A DNA stretch of 64,000 nucleotides from contig CM121343.1 in assembly GCA_051530055.1 (NCBI GenBank), forward strand, positions 4,062,389-4,126,388, given 5' to 3'. The stretch is from Neoechinorhynchus agilis (lineage: Eukaryota; Animalia; Acanthocephala). Position numbers and translations under genes: made by a program. Below the pieces are notes generated by a model. The model was not told the origin of the DNA. It ran no database searches and saw nothing but the letters and a program-made list of their open reading frames with translations. Position 1 is the stretch's first letter, and each line of letters starts with the position of its first letter. Shown in pieces: positions 32,401-43,749 of the stretch.

Positions 32401-33649
32401 TGAAATAAAAAATAAGTCTAAATTTCCGATGAGAAAATTTTTTTACAACGTTAATGCGCCATAGCACTAAAATTCTCTATATAGATTTGGTGGCTAGAAG
32501 GACGATGGTACGGATCAAAGAGCGTAAATATTAACAATCATTTTATTATATTACTTAATAGCGATTATGGCTGATTGATTGACAAGCAAAGGCTGGATTT
32601 ATAACAGGTTGTATGACAGCTGCTGCTTGAGTTCATGAGCAGTGGATTTATGGAGCTGTCTCATGATTTCTTCGTGTTTTGAAGAAGGATACAAGACAAT
32701 TAATCACTGATGGAAGTACCTGATCGATGTTGGGATATGTCAAATGCTCGTGACAGGGATCAGGTAAAGGGTAGGCGAAGTAATTTCCATCTAAAAGATT
32801 TGTCTGGTGATATGTGGGATCAGATGGATGGAAGATTTAGAATTTCGCGCTAAAAATTTCTCTGTAGGATTAGGGGAGTTCTCTTAGTGTATTCCTCCCA
32901 TAATACCAAAGGGACCTGCTGCCATGGAAAGATCGACTAGCCATTTACTTTGAGATGACATTAACATTTGAGATTAATAATAGACGGAGGGTGAACAGGT
33001 GACCTTTGAAATATTAACAATTTATACAAAGCGGACATTGACTAAGAGTTTGGAGATTTTTGGAGAAGATACGGTCCACCGATTGGATGACAACCACCTG
33101 GCATCGCAAAGTCGGTCTCCTGTCTAAAACCTTTCAATTTGGTATTCTTTTAAGACAAACTGTTTCGATGCACGGCACACCTGCGGCGACGACGACGACG
33201 ACGAGGACGGTGGTTGGCTGCGGTGACGAGGATGTAATCGAGGTTATTTGTCGACTGTCAACAGAAACATGGAGCCGCGGAGACAGCGACGACTAAAAAT
33301 CATTGAGCCATCAAGCAAGCCACAGACACGCACATTATGAGGGCAATAGATTGGTATTAAGCTCTAAAACACCAGCACTGGTGGTGTGGTACACACACAC
33401 ACAGAGTAGTATTGGCGGTGGCACCTTTCCACATTTGTGCTTACACGCAAACAACCGACATTTATATACTGTTGTGTGCCTTCTTTAATACTGCAGGAAG
33501 AGGAGGAAACCCATGGCGCCATCAGCCACCACTAGTGCACCATCACTATAAACCCCTTCTCTTCCTCAATAGCTTATAACTAGTGTGCTTCTTAGATCGT
33601 TATCACTCGCTCTTCTAGTACGACGGCCGGCTTTTGTTTTTCTGAGCGT

Positions 33650-33770
33650 TTGATTGGCCAGTTTCGTGCTCGTTGCGCTCTAAGCGCACATATCAGCAAC
33701 GTATACTTTCTTAATTAAGACAACTTGATTGGCTACTCTCGTGCGCGCGCGCGCTCTCTATAAATAAAAG
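33650..33770 (+). promoter_or_regulatory. Probable Snail core promoter (two CCAAT boxes, TATA box)
   Basis: gattgg at about 33651 and 33727, tataaataaaa at about 33759; a GTAAGT donor follows at 33800. Confidence 0.5.
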
Positions 33771-33791
33771 CAGAATTTTCGGCAAAAAATA

Positions 33792-35185
33792 ATGAAACGG
33801 TAAGTGCTGCCTAGACCACACACACACACACAGTTTTGAGGCCATTTCCCCTTAATAATTCGAACAACGCCTTTAATCTATCTTTCAATCGGAAAACACG
33901 CATAATTACTCGAAAACCGGTGTTTCTCCTCACTTGCCCATTCTTTGCTTACACCAAAAGTAGCTGAACAGCTTGCGTTCTCTACGCTTATTGGTTCTTT
34001 GGTAACCGCGGATAATAAGAGAAAATTACAGCCGGTTTCTTGCGGGAAAAATAATAACTGATAAAACTCATCTGTTGCATTCGTGTGTGTGTGTGTGTGT
34101 TTAGTACATCTTCTACGATCACCGACTCTACTGCTGCTGTTCATCACAGGCATATCTGCATCAAACAAATCATGCAAAGTACTCAAGAACCCAAGAAAAC
34201 CTTCATGGTGTCGGATCTACTCAATGAACTTGCAGTAAAGTGCGAACCGCAACACAGGAATAAATTCGAACCTAATTGGCTTATTTCATCAAATTCTACC
34301 ACAGCTACCAACAATCATGTAGTGGGCGGTACAAATCCAAAAACAACAACAATGGGACATTTAAATGGAGCCATAATTCAACCTTATAACGACAATGTAT
34401 TAAACAATAGTACATTCGACTCAGTTCAGTCTCAAATTTCGACTGCTTATTCGCAAGCCAATGAAGTAAACGAGCAACAATTTTTCTGGAGAAACCAATT
34501 ATTCAGTTTATACGTGCTTAATGAGTACACCAAAATTGTTGCCGCCGGTCGACGTCCGCTTAGTTTGTTTGATTCATTTGAAAAAACAGAGGGTTTCAGT
34601 GATCTGAGGCTTATTTCACTTGGAAGGCGAAATTTAAGTCAGATTGGAGGATCAACAAAATCGCCGATGAATGGAAATGCGCTTTTCCGAAAGCGGAGAG
34701 CAATAAATATGAGTGAGAATTCGAAACAGTCAGAATGTGATACAAAAAAGCGCAAATTGGACAACGACAGTTCGATTGATCCAATCATTATTCAGAATGA
34801 AGGTGTTGATAAGAAGATGTATGGATGTAGGAGGTGTCCTAAATCCTACACTACTCTTGGAGCTCTAAAAATGCATATTAGAACGCATACTCTTCCTTGT
34901 AAGTGTCATATATGTGGAAAGGCTTTTTCTAGGCCTTGGCTGCTTCAAGGACATTTAAGGACTCATACAGGAGAGAAACCGTTTAAGTGTGCCGTGTGCG
35001 ACCGCGCTTTCGCTGATAGATCGAACCTGAGGGCTCATATGCAAACCCATTCGGACACCAAGAAGTATGGATGCAATCTATGTGCAAAGACATTCTCTAG
35101 AATGAGTCTACTCACAAAACACAGGGAAAATTGCAGTATGACTCTACAATTATCAGCTCTCAAACAGGAATATCAAATCAATTAG
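33792..35185 (+). CDS. snail: Snail-family C2H2 transcription factor. Start is either ATG 33792 with intron 33800-34104, or ATG 34172.
   Basis: Fingers [64 protein letters not shown]...C are diagnostic of Snail/Slug. Confidence 0.95.
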
Positions 35186-36019
35186 ACCTGAGTGACACTG
35201 TGGACCTTCTTCTAATAGACAAAATAATGTGTACAGAATCGATTCTTCATTTTGTGTCTCAAAAGACTGTACCGGTGTAACAGATGCACAGGGCACTACA
35301 GTGACCAGCCTCAATCCACTTTTCTCTCTCTAATCGAGCAAGATACAGTTACACTATCCTATAAGTTTTGGTTAATGTTAATGTGACAGAATAAATCGCA
35401 GCATCTGCTGGTACCAAATTGGAGATAGTCCCAGCCATCAGCGTATTAAATGCATGCTTCTGTTTTGACTTATACGTCCAATTATTAATAAATATACACA
35501 AACACTCAGTGAAAAAAAACAACCAACTTTCGCTCTATCGTTCATTTGAGGCAACAAAATTCCACGAAACAAAATGTCCTTATTGCAATAATCATCTTCG
35601 GTCTTATAATTGAAAGAACTCATTGAATCTTAAAAACTCTTTATTAATATCCTCCAAATTATTAAGAGGTTATCGCTGCTTATTCAGGAAGTAGACTATA
35701 TTCATTCTTCACAATATTGCCACTTTGAATAAAATATGTCGCAAAACGATCTTAATGCCAATTTTGAAGACTTACGGCTGTGTAACAGCTCGAAAGCTCT
35801 CTCTCTATATCACTAGACAGTTTGGGTGTGACCTTTCCACAATTCTAACAATAATACCCTGGAAAATGAAATTCTTTAAGCATCACTATGATTTAATCTG
35901 TCCAGAACGCCGTCTTTGATTCTATCGCCGTGCAATCCATCATGTTTTATTCGATCTTATCGAAATTTAAATAATTACCAATTCAACCCTTCAAATAACA
36001 GTAGACGGCAAACAATAAT

Positions 36020-37317
36020 TTATTCTTTGGCGTTTTTGTGCGAATCGAGGTTCTCATCAATTTGAACAAGTGATTTCAAGTCGTCGAAAAACAACTGAAT
36101 TAATTCAACTTCTGATTGGCCAATCCTTTCAGTATTCGTCAACTTAACACTTTTGTTTTCTTCGCTCGCATCAAGCAATTTCAATCTTGGACCACACTTT
36201 GAGTTGATAATTGATAAGAGTCGAGGATTTTTATACAATTCAGCACAACGAATTTCAGCCTCAATTTTTAATGTAGTACCAATATCCGAGGGATTACTTG
36301 TCAAATAACCAAATTTGTCATCCCACGAGAACCCGGAGCCGTAATTGCCCAGGAGGGCGTCTTCAACCTGAATTCAAAAATATAAGTATGTACGGAAAAT
36401 TAAAGCAATCACTCACAGATTGAACGTCATTGAAAAAAATTTGAATTGATTTAATTATATATTCATCGGAAATATCTCCCTTAATTTCGGTCCACATTCT
36501 AATGTGATCTCGGTCGTTAATACTAACGACCGTAGGCGACCACGCGTTGCTGAGCAATATAAAAGCTCCACGAGAATCAGGCCAATCTCTATTGACACCA
36601 GTAGATTGCCAAGATGAACTAAACGTTTGCTTGATTATTTTATTCTTAAGAAACCTTCATTCTAAACAAAATTTAATTTACCTTAAATTGATCTGGCAGA
36701 TCAACTAAGCTGTAATATGTAACCTCGCGATCACGTCCAAACGATTTGTCTTTGACGCATTTTTCAAATACATCAAGGAGAACACTTTCAATCAAACGAC
36801 GACCAGCTCGAGTGATCAAGCTGGGAAACGGATGTTTGGATAAATTCCGGCAAATTCGAAATCTAATATTCACGATTTTCTCACTCACCATTTTGTCAAT
36901 TTTCAATTGACTAAAATCACAATCACTCGGATGGCTGCTATGTGCATCGAATTGGTATCCGAATTTCTCCTTCACAACACATTCAAACAATTCTCTAAAA
37001 ATTTCATAACATTCTTCATCACCAGCCACCAGCCCGGTTTGAACATTTGAAGGTTTTGATGGGTTATCCACACCAGGTTGGATTACATCGTCCAAGGAAA
37101 ATCCCAATTTTGTTACCTTTTGACTCAATCGAGCATACATTTTGGAATTTAAGCATTGAGCCATGTGATTACAGTGTCCTATGGTCAAATTAGGATATTG
37201 ATCAATAGGAGAATGGAATTTAAATTTTTCAGGCTTGTCGAGTTCACCCACAACATAACCGGATGATGATGCCGCCATTAGACCGATTCTTGCTAAACTT
37301 GAACGCAGCCATGCCAT
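36020..37317 (-). CDS. Divergent mitochondrial creatine-kinase-like phosphagen kinase with substituted catalytic residues; 3 exons
   Basis: Targeting-like N-terminus, YPNL..H.NHMA, IQPGVDNP, GLVAGDEECY, RDWPDSRG, RIGQSEVELIQ; GT-AG introns of about 37 and 49 nt restore the frame. Confidence 0.85.
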
Positions 37318-37822
37318 CTAAAGAAATTCGGTTTACTTCTAAGACCGTCAATCAATTAATCACCTCGATTGCCTCATAAGCCACCATGCGAAAAGTGACC
37401 CGCCCCTTACCCTAATTTCCATACGCATCAGTTCTCATATGACCCTTTAAAAACAGTTACGCCCTCTTTAGTTTATCATGCAAATAATTGAAGTAGATAA
37501 CTAGATTTTATTTATCCAAATTGACGACTAAAACTATTCAATCAAATAAGTTACTTCAGTAAGCACGCCCAATAATGAATGTGTGACCCATGCTTTAATT
37601 TTATTCAAATGTTTATTTGCGGCACAAAAAGTGAAGGAATTTTATTAAATCAAATATATTTCTGAGCTACATTCTTGTACGCATTTATCAAGGTTACAAA
37701 AAATCCATTTTGATAACCAGTGGAAATTAATGGAATAATTTAGAATTTTAAAGGCAGCGATTTAATGATTCTAGAGGTTAGTCGAAACATAAACTATGCG
37801 GCTAACCAGAAGTGACCACTAT

Positions 37823-38927
37823 AGTAAGACTTTTCTTAAAAGATTCCAGCGAGGGAAGCCGTCGGTGAGGTTAGTCTGTAGTGATGCTGTGTGAGTATTT
37901 TATTTATTAAAATCCATTCGATTAGAAAAAGAATTAACCAAAAATGTTATTTAGTTCTTCATCCGGTAAATAATTTTTTATTATAGACATTCTGCGACAT
38001 TCGTCGGGCAACCAAACTTTTAAAGAAGTCCAAAGAGATGGACGAATTGTAGGGAATCAATAAAATAATCTCGATTTCTCATCACTAAAAAAAAGAAATA
38101 TCCATGGACAACTTCTTTACAGTAAGACTTTTCTAAAAAGATAAATATGGCACTCCAGCGAGGGAAGCCGTCGGTGAGGTTAGTCTTTAGTGATGCTGTG
38201 AGTATTTTATTTATTAAAATCCATTCGATTAGAAAAAGGATTAACCAAAAAATTTAGTTCTTCATCCGGTAAATAATTTTTTATTATAGACATTCTGACA
38301 TTCGTCGGGCGACCAAACTTTTAAAGAAGTCCAAAATGGACGAATTGTAGAATCAATAAAATAATCTCGATTTCTCATCACAAAAAAGAAATATCCATGA
38401 CTTCTTTACAGTAAGACTTTTCTAAAAAGATAAATATGACACTCCAGCGAAGGAAGCCGTCGGTGAGGTTAGTCTTTAGTGATGCTGTGAGTATTTTATT
38501 TATTAAAATCCATTCGATTAGAAATCCCTTTTTAAGGATTAACCAAAAATGTTATTTAGTTCTTCATCCGGTAAATAATTTTTTATTATAGACATTCTGC
38601 GACATTCGTCGGGCGACCAAACTTTTAAAGAAGTCCAAAGAGATGGACGAATTGTAGGGAATCAATAAAATAATCTCGATTTCTCATCACTAAAAAAAAG
38701 AAATATCCATGGACAACTTCTTTACAGTAAGACTTTTCTAAAAAGATAAATATGACACTCCAGCGAAGGAAGCCGTCGGTGAGGTTAGTCTTTAGTGATG
38801 CTGTGAGTATTTTATTTATTAAAATCCATTCGATTAGAAATCCCTTTTTAAGGATTAACCAAAAATGTTATTTAGTTCCTCATCCGTAAATAATTTTTTA
38901 TTATAGACATTCTGCGACATTCGTCGT
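37823..38927. repeat. Tandem array of 4 units of about 290-316 bp (last truncated), between the divergent CK-like and NOP56 genes
   Basis: agtaagactttt at 37823, 38121, 38410 and 38726. Confidence 0.93.
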
Positions 38928-39249
38928 CCTCGTTCGGGGAGATTCAAAACGTCTTTAAGAAAAGAAGAAATGGTACTAATTGAATTGGAAGTAAATGGCT
39001 TAATCAATTTCGACACTTGGAACATAGCAAAATGAGCATCAATCGATTGATTCTGAGTTGAACGAGTCTCCTTATTGAAAACGTTTATTATTTTCGTGGA
39101 ATAATCGACTTAAGTGACGTCTACGGACCACAAAGTAATCCATGTTTCTGATTGGCCAAAAAGCACTTTCCAATCTTCGAGTTGCGATTCTTTCGTGTCG
39201 AATGTGCAGGCTACCTTAAGCGCGTCCTGGATTGTCGGAGTGCTAATAA

Positions 39250-40941
39250 ATGGTTTGTTGATTTTGAATTTTTTATCTTAATCTTGTTTTTCTGATAGGT
39301 GAAACGTACTTATATTTTGTTTGAACACGCGACGGGCTATGCCTTATATCGTGTGAAGGAATTCGAGGAGATTGGAGCCTTTGCTGCCGCTGAAGTGGGT
39401 TGCAGTCAGGACAACCATAAGTTATTCGCATCGAACGTCAAACTGGTTGCTTTTTCACCTTTCGCGAATGCAGCAAATGCTCTCGAGAACCTTAATGCTG
39501 TCTCTAATGGAGTTATCCACAACGATCTTAAAGTATTCCTTGACGTCCATCTACCGGGTGCCGGTAAGCGTGAGAAAATCCAACTTGGAGTTGCCGGTGT
39601 AAATCTATCGGCGGCACTCAATGAACAATTGAATGTGAAAGTAAAAGCAGGCGATGTTATTCCTGAGATTCTACGTGGTATTCGTTCGACTTTCACTAAG
39701 ACATTGAACGATTTAAGTCAAATTAATGAACGTCAAGCTCAATTAGGTCTTGGCCATGCGTTTTCTCGATCGAAAGTAAAATATAATGTCAATCGAGCCG
39801 ATAACATGATCACTCATTCGATTTCTTTGCTCGATCAACTCGATAAAGACATTAATATATTCGCAATGAGAATTCGAGAATGGTATGGTTATCATTTCCC
39901 AGAATTGTATGCTATTGTACCCGATAACCAATTGTATGCAAAGACCGTGGTATTGATTAAGGATCGAAATCAATTCCGAAAAGATGCGACTGCCGATCAA
40001 GAAAGTCTGGTGAATCTTTTGACTGAAATTACAAACGACCCGGATAAAAGTCTAGCCATTTTAAACGCTACTCGCACGTCGATTGGAATGGACATGAACG
40101 CGACCGATTTCGAGAGTATTTTGATGTTCGCTAATCGGGTCATTAGTCTAAGTCAGTATAGAAGCAAATTGTATGATTATTTGTCTAAAAAGATGGGAAT
40201 GGTTGCTCCAAACTTGACTGCAATTGTCGGTGAACAAATAGGAGCAAGACTCATTTCTCATGCTGGGAGTCTCAGTAGTCTTGCTAAATACCCAGCTTCA
40301 ACCATTCAGATACTCGGAGCCGAAAAGGCTCTGTTCAGAGCACTGAAGACGAAAACCGCCACTCCGAAATATGGAATCCTGTTCCATTCATCGTTGATCG
40401 GAAAGGCTGATCGGGCAACTAAAGGAAGAGCATCCCGAAATGTAGCTAACAAATGTGCTATCGCCTCACGAATCGATTGTTTTGCAGGTATATTTTCTAT
40501 TAACTTCCATTGAGATTTCTCTCTCGTCGCTAATATTGAACCTTTCATATAGAAATCCCGACTGATGTTTATGGCACAAAATTGCGCCAGTTGATTGAGC
40601 ACCGGTTACAGTACTATAAAGACTGTGTGAAAAATGAAAACGCCAAGAAACCTCCCCTGACATCGGAAGTAATGATGGAAGCTCTTGAAGAAGTTGAGGC
40701 CGTTCGGCTATTGGCTCTTAAAGCTGAAAAGAGAAAAAAGTCAAAGAAGCACGCGGATGCTTCTACATTAGACAGTAAAGAAGTTGAGATCGATCGGATT
40801 GCTGAATCTGTCACAAAAGGTAACAATTACTCCTTTTTTTAGTTCTATGCTCATTGCTTGCAATCAGTTACAATAAGTCCACCAAAAAAGAACAAACGGC
40901 AAATCAAGGAGGAACATATTTCCATGGATGTAGATGAGTAA
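39250..40941 (+). CDS. NOP56: Nucleolar protein 56 (box C/D snoRNP); 4 exons
   Basis: ATG|intron|VKRTYILFEHATGYAL, LGLGHAFSRSKVKYNVNRADNMI, REWYGYHFPEL, AKYPASTIQILGAEKALFRALKTK..TPKYG, IASRIDCFA|EIP, Lys-rich tail. Confidence 0.96.
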
Positions 40942-41679
40942 AAACGCTTTTTTTAACTTAATGATGGAAAGTTTTCTCGGTAATGGTAGCTAATCGGAAT
41001 ACGAAATTTTTTTATTTCTTATTAATCATTTAATGCTTTAAGTATGATTTAGATCTAATTTTGGAAGAAGACTGAAGAGATTAGCTTTTCAATTTTTACC
41101 TACCTGATTATGTAACAAAAGAAGGAATACTGGTATATTTTATTTGAAAATTTGACGACGTAACCTCGTTTGATCAGTCATTGTTTGCAAGTCAGATTGT
41201 TGCTCGGTTATACAGTGGAACGTCGATGATCCGGATCCAAAAATGCTGCAAGAGAATCAGAGATTTTACAGGGCGCGGAGATCAAATAAGTGATTATTCC
41301 TAATTTTGTTTTCGGACATCCGGAAAATCTCGAAACTGAACAATGCCCCATCCCAATTAATTCGCGGATAATCGACGCTCTCCTATATTTGCAAAAGTTC
41401 TTCGTAATTTTCTTAGCCGGTAGACACGTCCTCTTCCTTCCGTTAGCCGTCATTCTGCACATGCTTCTCCGTTCCGCAATAGTTGTCACATTTGAATAAT
41501 TTTGCTATATTCCATTTGAGTAAATTTTAAATTTGTGCTGTATTAATTGTTCTTGCCAACGGACCGTCGCGGTGGTAAGGCTTGTGTGTTTCAATGATCC
41601 GGAGAGCCATATCACCGGGAACGTAGTCCAGACGAAGAACGGTACCACCGCCGGAGTTCACGTGTAGGGAACAAATCCA

Positions 41680-41770
41680 CGAGCATCAGAGAAAGGAAAT
41701 GATGTGGGCCCGACATTTTCCTGTCCACATTGTGATCGGATGTTTCGGAGCCTGAAACATCGCATTGGAT
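41680..41770 (+). mobile_element. RTE-like LINE C-terminal zinc-finger remnant; deleted derivative at about 42700-42755
   Basis: PTFSCPHCDRMFRSLKHRIG; shared atccacgagcatcagagaaaggaaatgatg. Confidence 0.45.
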
Positions 41771-42959
41771 AACGAACTGATTATCACCTCGAGCATCAAT
41801 GACTAAAAAATCAATTTTAGAATGGTAGAGTAATTAATGGGTTTATTACAATGTTGAATTCAAGGCCACTGACTCACCGGCGATTTATTGCTCAAGCTCA
41901 ATAGACAAATAAAGAGCAATAAAATTGCGTTTTTAAGCGAGATTCTAACAGAGTTCTCGTCCACTCTCGATAATATTCGAGATACCGATATCTCTTTTTA
42001 AGAGTGGCTGAAGAAATCGGGTGGACCCCAAAATATGTTCAATTACAAATTTGAACAATTTACAAAGTGGCCACTAAAAGGCGAGAAATGGAGTGATTAT
42101 GCCAATTCAAAATCTTAAATTTTTGAATGGAACACCATTCTCATCTGAACGAAGCGTGAAAGCTTAAATTCTCTTATTGTTCAACCATCAGACGTTTTAA
42201 TAATTTCTGTTTGAAATTCCACAATCCGAACAAAATAATTATTAAAAATCGCAACATAAAGAAACTTCAGTGCAAATTTGAGACAGCAACGTTCAACCTT
42301 AAATGGTGATTTCTCTTCGAATACTAACGATTTTGAGCGAATTATCAATGACCGAAAGTCAATAATCTTTATAATCGCTACATCATTTAGAAACGGGAAC
42401 AAATTAAAAGATGCAATAATGAAGAAATTATCACACACGACAATGGGTGTGAGTAATAAAGGTAAGAAAAATTAATCATTAAAAATACTAATAATAAGAT
42501 TTTAAATGCTACAATTTGTTGTCTTCAAATGTTATGTTTGTTCGGCAGCTTCACTAATTATCTAATTTTTGCTAAAAAATCGGATTGTGCATCAGAAGGT
42601 AAACTTTCGAATTTGATGCATTAATTTTGCTGAATTTTTTTCTTAATTTATAGTGGAGGAACAGTATCCTTTTTGGGTGTCAAGATCTCCAAGGGAAGAG
42701 ATCCACGAGCATCAGAGAAAGGAAATGATGCGACATTTTCGGAGCTTGAAACATCAATGGTTAATATGGATGATCACTTCTACGAGAACAACAATCTTGA
42801 TCAACTTTTAAAACCGATTTTTAGCTGCATATAACGTTTTCGTCGTTGTTTTTCTAAAAGACACCCGAAATTAAAAAAATTACTAGTATTTAAAAATTAA
42901 CGGATGCTCATAAGGAACACCGACTGTGATCTGAAAATGTAAAGCTTTTAACAACAAAT

Positions 42960-43060
42960 GCTTGTCTATTGTTAATATCACAGTTGTGTGGGTATGCAGT
43001 TGAAATCTCAACCTCCGAATAGTCCAAGCCAAAATGTCTTAGATCTTGGGGTTTCATCAG
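42960..43060 (+). mobile_element. Tc1/mariner (DD39D-like) transposase fragment
   Basis: QLKSQPPNSPSQNVLDLG resembles the QPPNSPDxNVLDLGFF motif. Confidence 0.55.
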
Positions 43061-43749
43061 GCAGTAGAAACAACTTTCCAACAATTAGATTGAGACACGC
43101 TCAAAAGTATATTCTTAAAACTACAAACATGTATCAAAAATATCATGATATCAAACAAAAACAACTTTTATACGATTTTCGAAAAGTCGACTCTTCATAA
43201 AATGTAACGCTGAAGCTGTGGAAAACATAAGTTTTTAAATTTCGAATAAAAGAAATACATTTTATTACCGACTCACAATTTTTTATTTGAAAATCGGACG
43301 AACAAAATCAAATCTATAAAAGTTTGAGAACAAAATTTATTCATCAAAGATGACAACTATTGTAAAACGGAAGTAGTAAAAAAATTTAATATTGAGCTTA
43401 ATTTCTTATTCGAGAAGACGATTTCCTGGTCGTTTTTACGTCTCAAAGTTAAATTTTAAACAAAATCGGCGAACAGAATTCACCGACATCTTCGCGGAAA
43501 AATGTATTTCGTTGCTTAGTCGGGCAAACTTAAACACAATTTTAAGGATATCAACGGACATTGAACCGTTCCGACAAAATCATTCCAAAATGGTAATCAT
43601 GATCAAAGGGAGCTTAAAAGAGCACTAATATTGTTTGTGTCTAGAAATGCGTTTAAGAAATGATCATTTTACACAGCACCTTCTCAAAACCTAATGGTTT
43701 TCATTATTGGTTCATGTGAATGAGCAAACTAGACAGTTGATGTTCCACT

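Noticed and set aside
37840-37870. HDV-like ribozyme suggested by (t/c)cctcgctg on the minus strand here and in the 77-bp array
   Set aside because: P3 pairing is poor and no P1 partner strand is present at the required position
40489-40553. Intronic snoRNA in NOP56
   Set aside because: Introns are only about 45-65 nt and lack C/D or H/ACA boxes
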